NCBI RefSeq assembly: GCF_000253055.1
Contig: NC_016070.1
Location: 180,001-212,000, forward strand
Direction: 5' to 3'
Length of the DNA stretch: 32,000 nucleotides
Source of the DNA: Thermoproteus tenax Kra 1
Lineage (GTDB): Archaea; Thermoproteota; Thermoprotei; Thermoproteales; Thermoproteaceae
Part shown: positions 1 to 8,334 of the stretch, in pieces
Position numbering within the stretch: position 1 is the first letter of the stretch
How the letters are laid out: every line of letters starts with the position of its first letter
Position numbers and translations under genes: made by a program
Notes under the pieces: generated by a model
Database searches by the model: none
What the model saw: the letters and a program-made list of their open reading frames with translations, nothing else
What the model was told of the DNA's origin: nothing

Positions 1-83
1 ACGTTTAGGCCCTCTGCCTGTACCGAAAAACGCGGACTTTCACTTGCGAGGAGGGGAACCGCCTCTAGGCGCATCCATAGGGG

Positions 84-1127
84 TTGGACAGAACTTTTAT
101 AAAGGCGCACAGTCGTGCCTCTTATGTCGGGGTGCACGAATGCCTTGAGGCTGTCGCAGAGCTTCTGAGGAAGGGCAGAGTAGTCGCCGATGACAAATCG
201 GCTCCCTGCCTCTCTTTGGTCTTCCTGCGTAAGGTCTCCTCTGGGGAAACCCTCGAGCTATCCGAGCTGTACCCAGCCGTAGATCCCTATAGAGTCTTCG
301 AGAGCCCACTGGAGCTGTTGTTGAAGGGAGGGCCGACCCCGCTCCTCAAGGTCGGCGAGAGGCCCAAGGAGGCTTGGGCGAAGTTGGAGTGGTACAATCC
401 GTTCAGCAGGAGCATCAAGGATAGGACGACGTACGCCCTGTTGAGGTCTGTCAACGGCGATAGGCTTGTGGAGGTATCAAGCGGCAACGTAGCCCTGGCG
501 CTGAGCGCCATGGGGCTCCTCATGGGGAAGAGAGTGAAGGTCTATGTGCCGACGGCGGGCAGATACGTAGAGCCCTTCCTAGAGATCTATGGCGTTGAGC
601 ACGAGGTCCTGGACGTCACTATGACCGTTGAGGCGTTGGAACACATCAGAAGCGATGTAGCCAAGGGCGCGGTGCACACGAACCAGTTCGAGAACGACGC
701 AAACTTCTTTGCGCATATACGCACAGCGGCAGAGCTCGACTGGCAGCTTCAACGCAGGGGGAGGAGGCCCGACTTCATCGTGGCGGGCGTGGGCACCTCG
801 GGCCATTCGGCGGCCCTCGGCTTCTACTTCTCTGTGAGGTACAAGTCGAAGTTGGTGGCGGTTCAGCCAAAGGACTGGATCCCCGGCCTCAGGAGGGTCG
901 AGACAGGGGTGAAGTGGCTGAAGTGGGTCGACGCAGAGGTAGTCGACGTATCTTTCGAGGAAGCTATGAAGGGCGTGAGGGCTCTCGCCAGAAAGTTCGG
1001 GATACTGGCCGGCATAAGCTCAGGCGCCGTGTACTACGAGTACCTAAGGAGGAGCGAGGAGGGAGTCTACGCCATGGTGTTCCCCGACGACCTTTTCAAA
1101 TACTACGAGGTGTTGAGGAGCCGCTGA
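84..1127 (+). CDS. PLP-dependent cysteine synthase / threonine synthase-like (fold type II) protein
   Basis: 347 aa ORF with GGPTPLLKV, NPFSRSIKDR (PLP lysine), EVSSGN and GVGTSGHS glycine-rich motifs. ORF-track start is TTG at 84; a TATA-like TTTTATAAA (95-103) lies inside it, so the true start may be the in-frame GTG at 132. Confidence 0.85.
   Translation: MDRTFIKAHSRASYVGVHECLEAVAELLRKGRVVADDKSAPCLSLVFLRKVSSGETLELSELYPAVDPYRVFESPLELLLKGGPTPLLKVGERPKEAWAKLEWYNPFSRSIKDRTTYALLRSVNGDRLVEVSSGNVALALSAMGLLMGKRVKVYVPTAGRYVEPFLEIYGVEHEVLDVTMTVEALEHIRSDVAKGAVHTNQFENDANFFAHIRTAAELDWQLQRRGRRPDFIVAGVGTSGHSAALGFYFSVRYKSKLVAVQPKDWIPGLRRVETGVKWLKWVDAEVVDVSFEEAMKGVRALARKFGILAGISSGAVYYEYLRRSEEGVYAMVFPDDLFKYYEVLRSR
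95..103 (+). promoter_or_regulatory. Putative TATA box for the cysteine-synthase-like gene
   Basis: TTTTATAAA about 30 nt upstream of in-frame GTG at 132. Confidence 0.4.
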
Positions 1128-1252
1128 GGGGCCCGACTCCTTAGCCCCTCTCAAGAGGCTCGGGATACAGGGCGCGCTGGAAAGGCCGCAGCAAATCCGC
1201 CGAAAACAGTAGCTCTGTCCCCTTATGAGAGAGACCGGCCCCCTGGAGGTCG

Positions 1253-1290
1253 CTCCGCCCATAATGCCGTTGGCGGAGAAGAGATATAAA
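1253..1290 (+). promoter_or_regulatory. Inverted repeat plus TATA box upstream of hypD
   Basis: CTCCGCC (1253-1259) and GGCGGAG (1272-1278) form a perfect 7-bp inverted repeat, followed by ATATAAA (1284-1290), about 24 nt before ATG 1310. Confidence 0.45.
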
Positions 1291-1309
1291 CAGGGACAAT
1301 CCCCACTAT

Positions 1310-2596
1310 ATGTCCTGCCCCACTCTCCCGAGCGATTTTCCTGGCCCCCCTGCCTATGTCGACTGTTGGAACTGCCCCATGATGAAGAAGGAGATGGACG
1401 CGTTGGAGCTGGCCTTCAGACGTAAGACTAAGATAACGGCCTATCTGGTGGACTACATTAGAAAGTACGCCGAGGAGCTCGCCAAGAGGGACCCCAAGTA
1501 TGTCTACAAAATTATGGACTTCTGCGGCACCCACGAGTGGACTATCGTCCACTTCGGCCTCAGGAGCGTGCTCGAGATGGCGGGGGTCAGAAACGTGGAG
1601 CTTGTGGCCGGGCCCGGCTGCCCCGTCTGTGTGACGCCCTCCTACTACCTAGAGCAGGCCATGAAGCTCGCCTTCGACGGCGTAGTAATATATACGTACG
1701 GAGACGTCTTCAAACTGCCCGCGATAAACAGGGTGAACGGCGCCAGGTCGCTGGCGGAGGCCAAGGCCCGCGGGGCAGACGTGAGGCTCGTCCACACGTT
1801 CTTACACGCTGTTATAGATGCAAAGAAGCACAACAAGCCCTCAGTCTTCCTGGGCATAGGCTTTGAGACGGTGGCGCCCGGCTATTCTGAGGCCATACTC
1901 AAGGGCCTAGTGCCGCCCAACCTCAAGCTCATGAGCTTAGTGAAGCTCACTCCGCCGGCTATGTTCTACGCTTTAGATATGGTGAGGGAGAAGCCCACAG
2001 ACTACCCCATATCGGGCGTCATAGCGCCCGGCCATGTGTCGACGATAGTGGGAGGCAAGGCTTGGGCGCCTGTGGCCGAGCAGTACGAGATACCTGTAGT
2101 CGTGGCGGGCTTTGAGCCCAACGACGTCTTGACGGCCATCGCCGAGATACTCAAACAGCTGAAGAACGGCGAGCACAAGGTGGTCATCGAGTACGTCAGA
2201 GCGGTCAAATGGGAGGGCGACCTCAAGGCCCAGTCCTCGATAAACACAGTGTTCGAGACAGTGGACAGCGCGTGGAGGGGCATCGGCTATATCCCCAAGA
2301 GCGGGCTGGCCCTTAGAGAGAGGTTCAGACAGTACGACGCCTTGGAGCACTTCGGGATACCCGATCTGACGCCTGAGAGGTGGCAATACGACCTCCCGCC
2401 GGGCTGCAAATGCGCCGAGGTGAACTTGGGCAAGGCGAAGCCCACGGACTGCCCCCTCTTCATGAAGGCGTGTACGCCCGATAGGCCCATAGGCCCCTGT
2501 ATGGTCTCGGTGGAGGGCACTTGCGCCATCTGGGCCCGTTTCGGCGGAGGCGGGTTGGCCTTGGAGATAGCTAAGGAGATCGGCATAGCCGTTTAG
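1310..2596 (+). CDS. hypD: [NiFe] hydrogenase maturation protein HypD
   Basis: DFCGTHEWTI, GPGCPVCVTP, GFETVAPG and the C-terminal Cys-rich CKCAEVN...DCPLFMKACTPDRPIGPCMVS...C. Start 1310 fits the TATA spacing; alternative starts at 1379/1382. Confidence 0.95.
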   Translation: MSCPTLPSDFPGPPAYVDCWNCPMMKKEMDALELAFRRKTKITAYLVDYIRKYAEELAKRDPKYVYKIMDFCGTHEWTIVHFGLRSVLEMAGVRNVELVAGPGCPVCVTPSYYLEQAMKLAFDGVVIYTYGDVFKLPAINRVNGARSLAEAKARGADVRLVHTFLHAVIDAKKHNKPSVFLGIGFETVAPGYSEAILKGLVPPNLKLMSLVKLTPPAMFYALDMVREKPTDYPISGVIAPGHVSTIVGGKAWAPVAEQYEIPVVVAGFEPNDVLTAIAEILKQLKNGEHKVVIEYVRAVKWEGDLKAQSSINTVFETVDSAWRGIGYIPKSGLALRERFRQYDALEHFGIPDLTPERWQYDLPPGCKCAEVNLGKAKPTDCPLFMKACTPDRPIGPCMVSVEGTCAIWARFGGGGLALEIAKEIGIAV

Positions 2597-2598
2597 CC

Positions 2599-2946
2599 AT
2601 GTGTTGGGCCGTCCCCTCTGTGGTCAAAAGGATAGAGGGCGGCATAGCCTACGTGGACCCCGGCGACGGCGTTGAGAGGCCTGCCGTCATAGGCATAGAG
2701 GAGGGCTCCCTCCAAGTGGGCGACTTAGTTATGGTCCACGCCGGCGTCATTATAGCCAAGGTGGATTTAGACACACTTAAGGAAAGCATGGAGATGTGGA
2801 AACAGATGGCGGTGGAGCTGGCCGCGTCCTCGGGGCAGGACCCACAAGAGGCTGCCAAGATTGTGGAGGAGGAGATGTGGCGTGTTCTGAAGATTGTAGA
2901 GGAGGTCAAAAGAGGGAGGAGCGAGGGCTTGCGGCAACTTGCCTAG
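2599..2946 (+). CDS. hypC: Hydrogenase maturation chaperone HypC/HybG/HupF family
   Basis: N-terminal MCWAVP (MCxxxP signature), VGDLVMVHAGVIIAKVD; small protein directly after hypD. Confidence 0.9.
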   Translation: MCWAVPSVVKRIEGGIAYVDPGDGVERPAVIGIEEGSLQVGDLVMVHAGVIIAKVDLDTLKESMEMWKQMAVELAASSGQDPQEAAKIVEEEMWRVLKIVEEVKRGRSEGLRQLA

Positions 2947-2990
2947 GGGTCTCGAAGCCCCCGGAGAGGGCCAGGTGCCGTGAAGGGGGC

Positions 2991-5243
2991 ATGCCTAGGG
3001 CCTATAGGATCTACGTTGTTGGGATAGTGCAAGGGGTCGGCTTCAGACCCTTCGTGAAGCTGCTGGCCGATAGGCTCGGCGTTAAGGGATACGTGCGGAA
3101 CTTGGGCGGGGGCGAGGTCGAGATATACGTTGAGGGAGATGGCGCCGGCGCCTTCGTGGAGGCCCTCAAAAGGGAGAGGCCCAGAGCGGTCGAACTGGAC
3201 GAAGTGCTAGTCGAGGAGGCAGAGCCTCTAGGGCTCAAGGACTTCGTCATTCTAAAGAGCGAGGCGTCGCGCAGATCGCTCTCTATGATACCGCCCGATC
3301 TAGCTATATGCGACGAGTGCCTCAGAGAGGTCCTCGGGGCCGGCGGCGTCAGGAGGTCCGGATACGCCTTTAATTCCTGCAGCTTCTGTGGCCCGAGGTT
3401 CGCCGTAATGAGGCGTCTGCCGTACGACAGAGAGAACACGAGCTGGGCCGCCTTTCCACTCTGCGAGGACTGTAGAAGGGAGTTCGGGGAGCCGGCGGTC
3501 GGAGGCATCAGGAGGTATTTCTACCAAGGGATATCTTGTAAAAGGGACGGGCCTACGTTGAAGCTCTACCGCTCCACGGGCGAGGCAGTGGACGGAGGGG
3601 ACCCCATCGTCGAGGCCGCCCGCTTAATAGACGAGGGGAAGATAGTCGCCGTAAAGGGAGTCGGAGGCTACCACATAATGGCGCTGGCCTCCGACGACTC
3701 AGTCGTGGCCGAGCTGAGGAGGAGGAAGAGGAGGCCTCAGCAGCCCTTCGCCGTTATGGCACTGGATTTGGACGCCGCGAGGAGGCTCGTCTACGTCGAC
3801 AAAGCCGCAGAAGAGCTTCTGACGTCGCCTCAGAGGCCGATAGTGCTTCTGCCCAAGAGGCCGGACAGCCCCGCCTCCCCCCTCGTCTCGCCTGGGTTGG
3901 ACATGGAGGGCGTCTTTCTGCCCTATACGGCGCTTCAGTATATGTTGCTCTCCAACTTAAGGGACAAGTTCGCGATAGCGACCAGCGGCAACGTCCACGG
4001 AGAGCCCATGTGCACCGACCTGGCTTGCGTCTTTGAGAGGCTGAGGGAGGTCGTGGACTACGTCTTGGAGCACACTCTGGAGATAGCGCACAGAGTGGAC
4101 GACAGCGTCGTCAGATTCACCGACGGAGAGGCTGTGTTGTTGAGGAGGAGCAGAGGCTACGCGCCCAAGTGGATCAAGCTGAGGAGGAGGCTTCCCAGGC
4201 CGGCTGTGGCCTTCGGCGGAGATCTACAGACGGCTGGGGGAGTGGGCGTTGAGGACAAGGCGATCCTCACGCAGTACATAGGCGATCTTGATAGCTTCAC
4301 AGCCTATCAAGACCTCGATAGAGAGCTGAGATGGTTCTCGTCGGTATACGAGGCGAGGGAGCCCCTGTTGGTCTGCGACCTCAACCCGGCATATAACTCC
4401 TCCAGGCTCTGTCTGGAGTGGGCCGAGGAGCTCGGCGCCGAGGCCGTGAGAGTGCAACACCACCACGCGCACGCCCTCGCTGTAGCGGCCGACTTAGGCG
4501 TGGACGAGCCCTTCGTAGCTATATCTATAGACGGAGTAGGGTACGGAGAGGACGGAAACGCTTGGGGCGGCGAGGTCTTGTTCGTCGATGGAGCAAAGTA
4601 CGTGAGGGCGGCCCACCTCAAGTATGTCCCCATGCCGGGCGGAGATCTGGCCGCCGCGAGGCCCGCCAGAATGGCGGCTGCCTATCTGTGGGAGTGTTGC
4701 CGCGAGGAACCGCCCGAGGAGCTCGCGAGGGGCCTTCCGGGCGGGCGGAGGGAGCTAGAGCTTGTGTTGAGGGAGGTGATATCTCCGAGGATCTTTACGT
4801 CCAGCGCAGGCAGATTTCTAGACGCTGTATCCTCGCTTTTGGGCATCGCGCATCAGAGAACCTACGAGGGGGAGCCAGCCATCAAGCTGGAGGCAGCAGC
4901 GGGTGGAGGCAGAGCCCTCTCTATAAACGCCGAGAACCAAGTGGAGCTTTTCGCAGAGATTGTGGATCACATGAGGAGGGGCGCGAGGACTGCCGACTTG
5001 GCCTATACGGCCCAATACGGCTTGGGCACATTGTTGGGGAGGTGGGCCTGCGAGGCGGCCCAGGCCCATGGAGCTCGCCAGATCCTCCTGGGCGGAGGAG
5101 CGGCCGTCAACACATATATAGTCAGAGGGATAAGGTCGGCGCTTGCCGAATGCGGCCTGGGTGCGCTGCTTCCCAGGAGGGCTCCCCCGGGGGACGGCGG
5201 ACTGGCTCTGGGCCAGATATATTATGCGACCTATTTGGCCTAG
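2991..5243 (+). CDS. hypF: Carbamoyltransferase HypF
   Basis: Acylphosphatase GIVQGVGFRPFV, zinc region CDEC/CSFCGPRF/CEDC, YrdC-like part (VKGVGGYHIMA), Kae1-like VQHHHAHALA and DGVGYGEDGNAWGGE. Start set at in-frame ATG 2991; the ORF-track start at 2796 overlaps hypC. Confidence 0.93.
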   Translation: MPRAYRIYVVGIVQGVGFRPFVKLLADRLGVKGYVRNLGGGEVEIYVEGDGAGAFVEALKRERPRAVELDEVLVEEAEPLGLKDFVILKSEASRRSLSMIPPDLAICDECLREVLGAGGVRRSGYAFNSCSFCGPRFAVMRRLPYDRENTSWAAFPLCEDCRREFGEPAVGGIRRYFYQGISCKRDGPTLKLYRSTGEAVDGGDPIVEAARLIDEGKIVAVKGVGGYHIMALASDDSVVAELRRRKRRPQQPFAVMALDLDAARRLVYVDKAAEELLTSPQRPIVLLPKRPDSPASPLVSPGLDMEGVFLPYTALQYMLLSNLRDKFAIATSGNVHGEPMCTDLACVFERLREVVDYVLEHTLEIAHRVDDSVVRFTDGEAVLLRRSRGYAPKWIKLRRRLPRPAVAFGGDLQTAGGVGVEDKAILTQYIGDLDSFTAYQDLDRELRWFSSVYEAREPLLVCDLNPAYNSSRLCLEWAEELGAEAVRVQHHHAHALAVAADLGVDEPFVAISIDGVGYGEDGNAWGGEVLFVDGAKYVRAAHLKYVPMPGGDLAAARPARMAAAYLWECCREEPPEELARGLPGGRRELELVLREVISPRIFTSSAGRFLDAVSSLLGIAHQRTYEGEPAIKLEAAAGGGRALSINAENQVELFAEIVDHMRRGARTADLAYTAQYGLGTLLGRWACEAAQAHGARQILLGGGAAVNTYIVRGIRSALAECGLGALLPRRAPPGDGGLALGQIYYATYLA

Positions 5244-5926
5244 CTACAAATACAGAGGTTCCTCCTGCTCCTCTTAGAGCTGGGGAGGAGCACTCCGTCC
5301 CTCAGCTCGTACACTCTATCGGCTATTCTGCACACCAGCTCGAGGTCGTGGGTCGCGATGATCACGGCGGCGCCTCCATCCCTCAGAGCGCGTATAAAGG
5401 CGAGGGCGCGCTCCGAGGCGCCCTCGTCCAGATAGGTAGTTGGCTCGTCCAATATGAGCAGCTTGGGCATATGGGCCACGGCGGCGGCCAAAGCCACCAG
5501 CCTCTTCTGCCCTCCGCTGAGCTTATAGGGCTGTTTGTCTAACAGCGGTTTCAAGCCGAGCGCCTCGGCCACGTTAAGAGCCATCTCCAGGCCCTTCTCA
5601 GGCCCATGCGCCCTCACGGCGGTGTAGGCTATTTCGTCTCTGACGGTGGAGTTGAAAAACATATCGTCCGGGTTTTGAAACATTACGCCTATATGCCGCC
5701 TCGCCTCAGGGAGCTGATCCCAGAGGGGGCGCCCCATGAAGAGCACTTCGCCTCTCCACGGCCTCAGAAGCCCTGCTAGAGTTAGAAGGAGGGTGGTCTT
5801 GCCGGACCCCGTGGGCCCCACGACGGCGGCTATCTCGCCCTCTTCCACCGATATGTTCGCCTCTTTGACGACCGGCTCGACGTAGCCTGCCGCGACGCCG
5901 GAGGCCCTAAGGACTTCGCGCCTCAT
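5240..5926 (-). CDS. nikO: ECF/CbiO-NikO-type ABC transporter ATPase (nickel/cobalt)
   Basis: Walker A GPTGSGKTT, Q-loop FQNPDDMFF, LSGGQKR signature, Walker B LLILDEPT; downstream of CbiQ and CbiM genes. Nickel assignment from hyp/nikR context. Start chosen at MRREVL. Confidence 0.85.
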   Translation of the reverse strand: MRREVLRASGVAAGYVEPVVKEANISVEEGEIAAVVGPTGSGKTTLLLTLAGLLRPWRGEVLFMGRPLWDQLPEARRHIGVMFQNPDDMFFNSTVRDEIAYTAVRAHGPEKGLEMALNVAEALGLKPLLDKQPYKLSGGQKRLVALAAAVAHMPKLLILDEPTTYLDEGASERALAFIRALRDGGAAVIIATHDLELVCRIADRVYELRDGVLLPSSKRSRRNLCICS

Positions 5927-6503
5927 GGGCCATTCTGAGCGCCCTCCCCCTCTCAAGCCCATAGATCAAAACATCGCCGACAGCAGCCGCGAAGGCCCAC
6001 TTGTCGAATTGAAAGACTCTGGCCTCTCTGGCCGCTGCAGCCGATATGGCGGATCTCCCCAGCGCATATATCGAGAGGGGCATGAGCTCGAGGGCGCGCG
6101 AGAGATCTCTCGGCAGAATCCTCTTCAAAGCGTCGACGAAGCGCCACCAGCTGGTGGCCAAAACCCCTCCCGCGAGGACTGAGGCGGAGGACGCCGACCT
6201 GGCCACGAAGAGCACGGGGTCCACTTTGCTTTGGAGAAGGCCCAACAGCGCCGGGGCCGAGACGCCGGCGGCGAAGGCGGCGGAAAGAGCTGTTGCTATG
6301 GCCCATGCCTTGAGGGCCCTCGCGTAGATGGCGAATCCCAGGCCCGCCAGTAATAGTATAATCGATATATATTCATATGGCGAAAAGGCCGCTAGGACTG
6401 TAAGAGCTAGGACGAGGAGGGAGAAAAGAGGGGAGTTGATTCTTGGAGTTCTCTCGAAGGCGGCAACGGCGCTAGTAATACCTTCAACTACTTCTTTTAA
6501 CAC
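5907..6503 (-). CDS. nikQ: CbiQ/EcfT-family transmembrane component of the nickel/cobalt ECF transporter
   Basis: Hydrophobic protein between CbiM-like and CbiO-like genes, with an EcfT-like region near RALELMPLSIYALGRSAISAAAAREAR. Confidence 0.75.
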   Translation of the reverse strand: MLKEVVEGITSAVAAFERTPRINSPLFSLLVLALTVLAAFSPYEYISIILLLAGLGFAIYARALKAWAIATALSAAFAAGVSAPALLGLLQSKVDPVLFVARSASSASVLAGGVLATSWWRFVDALKRILPRDLSRALELMPLSIYALGRSAISAAAAREARVFQFDKWAFAAAVGDVLIYGLERGRALRMAHEARSP

Positions 6504-6795
6504 GTTTTACCACCAACAACACAATTAAATAGATTGCTAATCCGATGTACGCCGCCACTATGTAGCCGGCCCAGTCCGGGAGCCCAGGTACTGTGTAGTC
6601 GATAAACGGCGTCCAGTTTATCTGATACCTCGTGTCGTTCATGACGGGATGGCCCAGCGTCTTGTTGGCCATTTCGTTTATGAGATCGGCGGCCACGTCC
6701 AACGGCTCGTGGTAGCCTATCAAGTTGGCGAGCCATACTCCAAATATCGGCGAGAACAGCGCCATAATTGCCAGGAATATAAACAAGCGCCTCAT
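6484..6795 (-). CDS. Small membrane protein, PDGLE/NikN-like component of the nickel/cobalt transporter
   Basis: N-terminal and C-terminal TM segments with a TVPGLPDWAGYIVAAYIG segment. ATGA overlap with the upstream cbiM-like stop (6792-6795) fixes the start. Confidence 0.6.
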   Translation of the reverse strand: MRRLFIFLAIMALFSPIFGVWLANLIGYHEPLDVAADLINEMANKTLGHPVMNDTRYQINWTPFIDYTVPGLPDWAGYIVAAYIGLAIYLIVLLVVKRVKRSS

Positions 6796-7400
6796 GCTCT
6801 CAAATACTGCGGGGCCTTTCTGGCCAAGTATTCGACGACTACCGCAGTTATCATCCCCTCGACGAGCCCCAACAGCGCATGCCAAGACGTCATCACAGGC
6901 ACGCTTATCTCCCAGCCGTAGGGGAACCACGGGCTGAGGCCTATCTCCAAGCCTGCGAAGAAGCCGGCGACAGTTATGCTGGCCCAGCCCGCCACAAAGG
7001 CCGCTGCAAATCTGTTGTATCTCTTCAGGGCCTTGTAGACGAAGTATCCGACAAGCGGCGCCACAATGCCCATGTTGATCACATTGGCGCCCAACGTGGT
7101 GATCCCTCCGTCGTGGAACACCAACGCTTGCACCACCAAGACTAGCAGTAGGACAAAAAATGCATTAAAGGGCCCCAACATTATGGCGGCAAGAGCTCCG
7201 CCGACTAGATGGAGCGAGGTGCCCCCGGGGATCGGCCAGTTGAACATCTGGGCTATGAATATAGCTGCAGCCAAGCCCACGACGGTCTCTATATATCTGC
7301 CCAATTCTGTATGTTTATAGGCGTAGGCGCCGTAGCCCACCATTATCGTCCACGTAACGCCGGCAGAGACGGGGTCTAGGTATCCGTCGGGTATGTGCAT
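6792..7400 (-). CDS. nikM: CbiM/NikM substrate-binding membrane component
   Basis: Starts MHIPDGYLDP, the diagnostic CbiM/NikM N-terminus that forms the metal site; multiple TM segments. Confidence 0.95.
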   Translation of the reverse strand: MHIPDGYLDPVSAGVTWTIMVGYGAYAYKHTELGRYIETVVGLAAAIFIAQMFNWPIPGGTSLHLVGGALAAIMLGPFNAFFVLLLVLVVQALVFHDGGITTLGANVINMGIVAPLVGYFVYKALKRYNRFAAAFVAGWASITVAGFFAGLEIGLSPWFPYGWEISVPVMTSWHALLGLVEGMITAVVVEYLARKAPQYLRA

Positions 7401-7420
7401 GGATTGAGGATCAGCCTTAT

Positions 7421-7480
7421 TTTAATACTTTAACTCGAATAAATTCTTAAAGATTATGTCGTATTGATGAAAAGTATAAA
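7421..7480. promoter_or_regulatory. Divergent nikM/nikR promoter region with candidate NikR operator
   Basis: ATACTTT (7425-7431) and AAAGTAT (7471-7477) are inverted and overlap the TATA-like elements of the two divergent genes. A second inverted pair is CTTTAA 7428-7433 / TTAAAG 7447-7452. Both start codons lie about 25 nt from their TATA boxes. Confidence 0.45.
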
Positions 7481-7501
7481 ACCGAATAGAAAGCTAGAGA
7501 C

Positions 7502-7894
7502 ATGAGAAGGATAAGCATAGCGTTGGACGATAGGCTCTACAGAGACATGGAGAAGGCAATGGCCCTAATGGGGGAGGTCAACCGCTCGCGCTTCATCGCC
7601 TCGCTGATCGCAGAGAAGATCAGCGAAGTGGTCCAAGCGCCTCTGGCCTCGGTCATAGTTATCGTCTACGACCACGAGGTCGGCGAGGTGTCAAAGAGCT
7701 TAACTGAGGTGCAACACGACTTCAGAGACGTTATAAGGGCGTCCACCCACGTGCATCTAGACGAGAGGAACTGCCTGGAGGTGATTCACGCTGTCGGCGA
7801 CTCCGCCAGAATAAGAGAGCTCGTAACCAGAATCTCGAGGATCGGGAGAGGGCTCAAATTGCTTCGCATCGTCAATGTGCCATCTCTTCAGTAA
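7502..7894 (+). CDS. nikR: Nickel-responsive ribbon-helix-helix regulator NikR
   Basis: RHH N-terminus RRISIALDDRLYRDME, C-terminal domain VIVIVYDHEV...VQHDFRDVIRASTHVHLDERNCLEVI with the expected His/Cys ligands. Confidence 0.92.
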   Translation: MRRISIALDDRLYRDMEKAMALMGEVNRSRFIASLIAEKISEVVQAPLASVIVIVYDHEVGEVSKSLTEVQHDFRDVIRASTHVHLDERNCLEVIHAVGDSARIRELVTRISRIGRGLKLLRIVNVPSLQ

Positions 7895-7923
7895 TATTTT
7901 AATACAAACCTCGTAGCTCTCCA

Positions 7924-8334
7924 ATGCACGAGTGGTCCCTCGCGCTCTCCATTGTCCAGACCCTAGACAGATGGGCCAGGGAGAGGGACGTCCAAATCAA
8001 GAGGGTGGTAGTGTCGGTGCCCTCTGTGTCGCAGCTTGACCTCTCGATAATGAGGGAGGCATTCGATATGCTTAAACAAGACTCAAGACTCTCGAACGCC
8101 GTCTTGGACCTGAAGGTGAGGAGCCCCAAATATAGATGTCGTTCTTGCGGCTACGAGTTCGGCCAAGAGGAGGTCGATGAACAAATAAAGAGGCTTGCCG
8201 GCGAGTACGGGGAGGAGTATCCCCTACATCTAATGCCGGAGCTGTTGCCCACATTCGTTAGATGCCCGCGTTGCGGCTCGCACGACATCGAGGCCGAGCT
8301 CTCAGTCAAAATAGACGAGGTGGAGACAATATGA
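7924..8334 (+). CDS. hypA: Hydrogenase nickel incorporation protein HypA
   Basis: N-terminal MHEWSLA, zinc motifs CRSCG and CPRCGS. Confidence 0.93.
   Translation: MHEWSLALSIVQTLDRWARERDVQIKRVVVSVPSVSQLDLSIMREAFDMLKQDSRLSNAVLDLKVRSPKYRCRSCGYEFGQEEVDEQIKRLAGEYGEEYPLHLMPELLPTFVRCPRCGSHDIEAELSVKIDEVETI

Noticed and set aside
1128-1309. Possible C/D box sRNA or tRNA upstream of hypD
   Set aside because: No RUGAUGA/CUGA box pair and no tRNA T-loop or acceptor arrangement could be found by eye.
4418-5542. 374-aa plus-strand ORF overlapping the hypF 3' end and the antisense side of the nickel ATPase gene
   Set aside because: Arg/Gly-rich composition, no family motifs, wholly explained by overlap with two strongly supported genes in a GC-rich genome.
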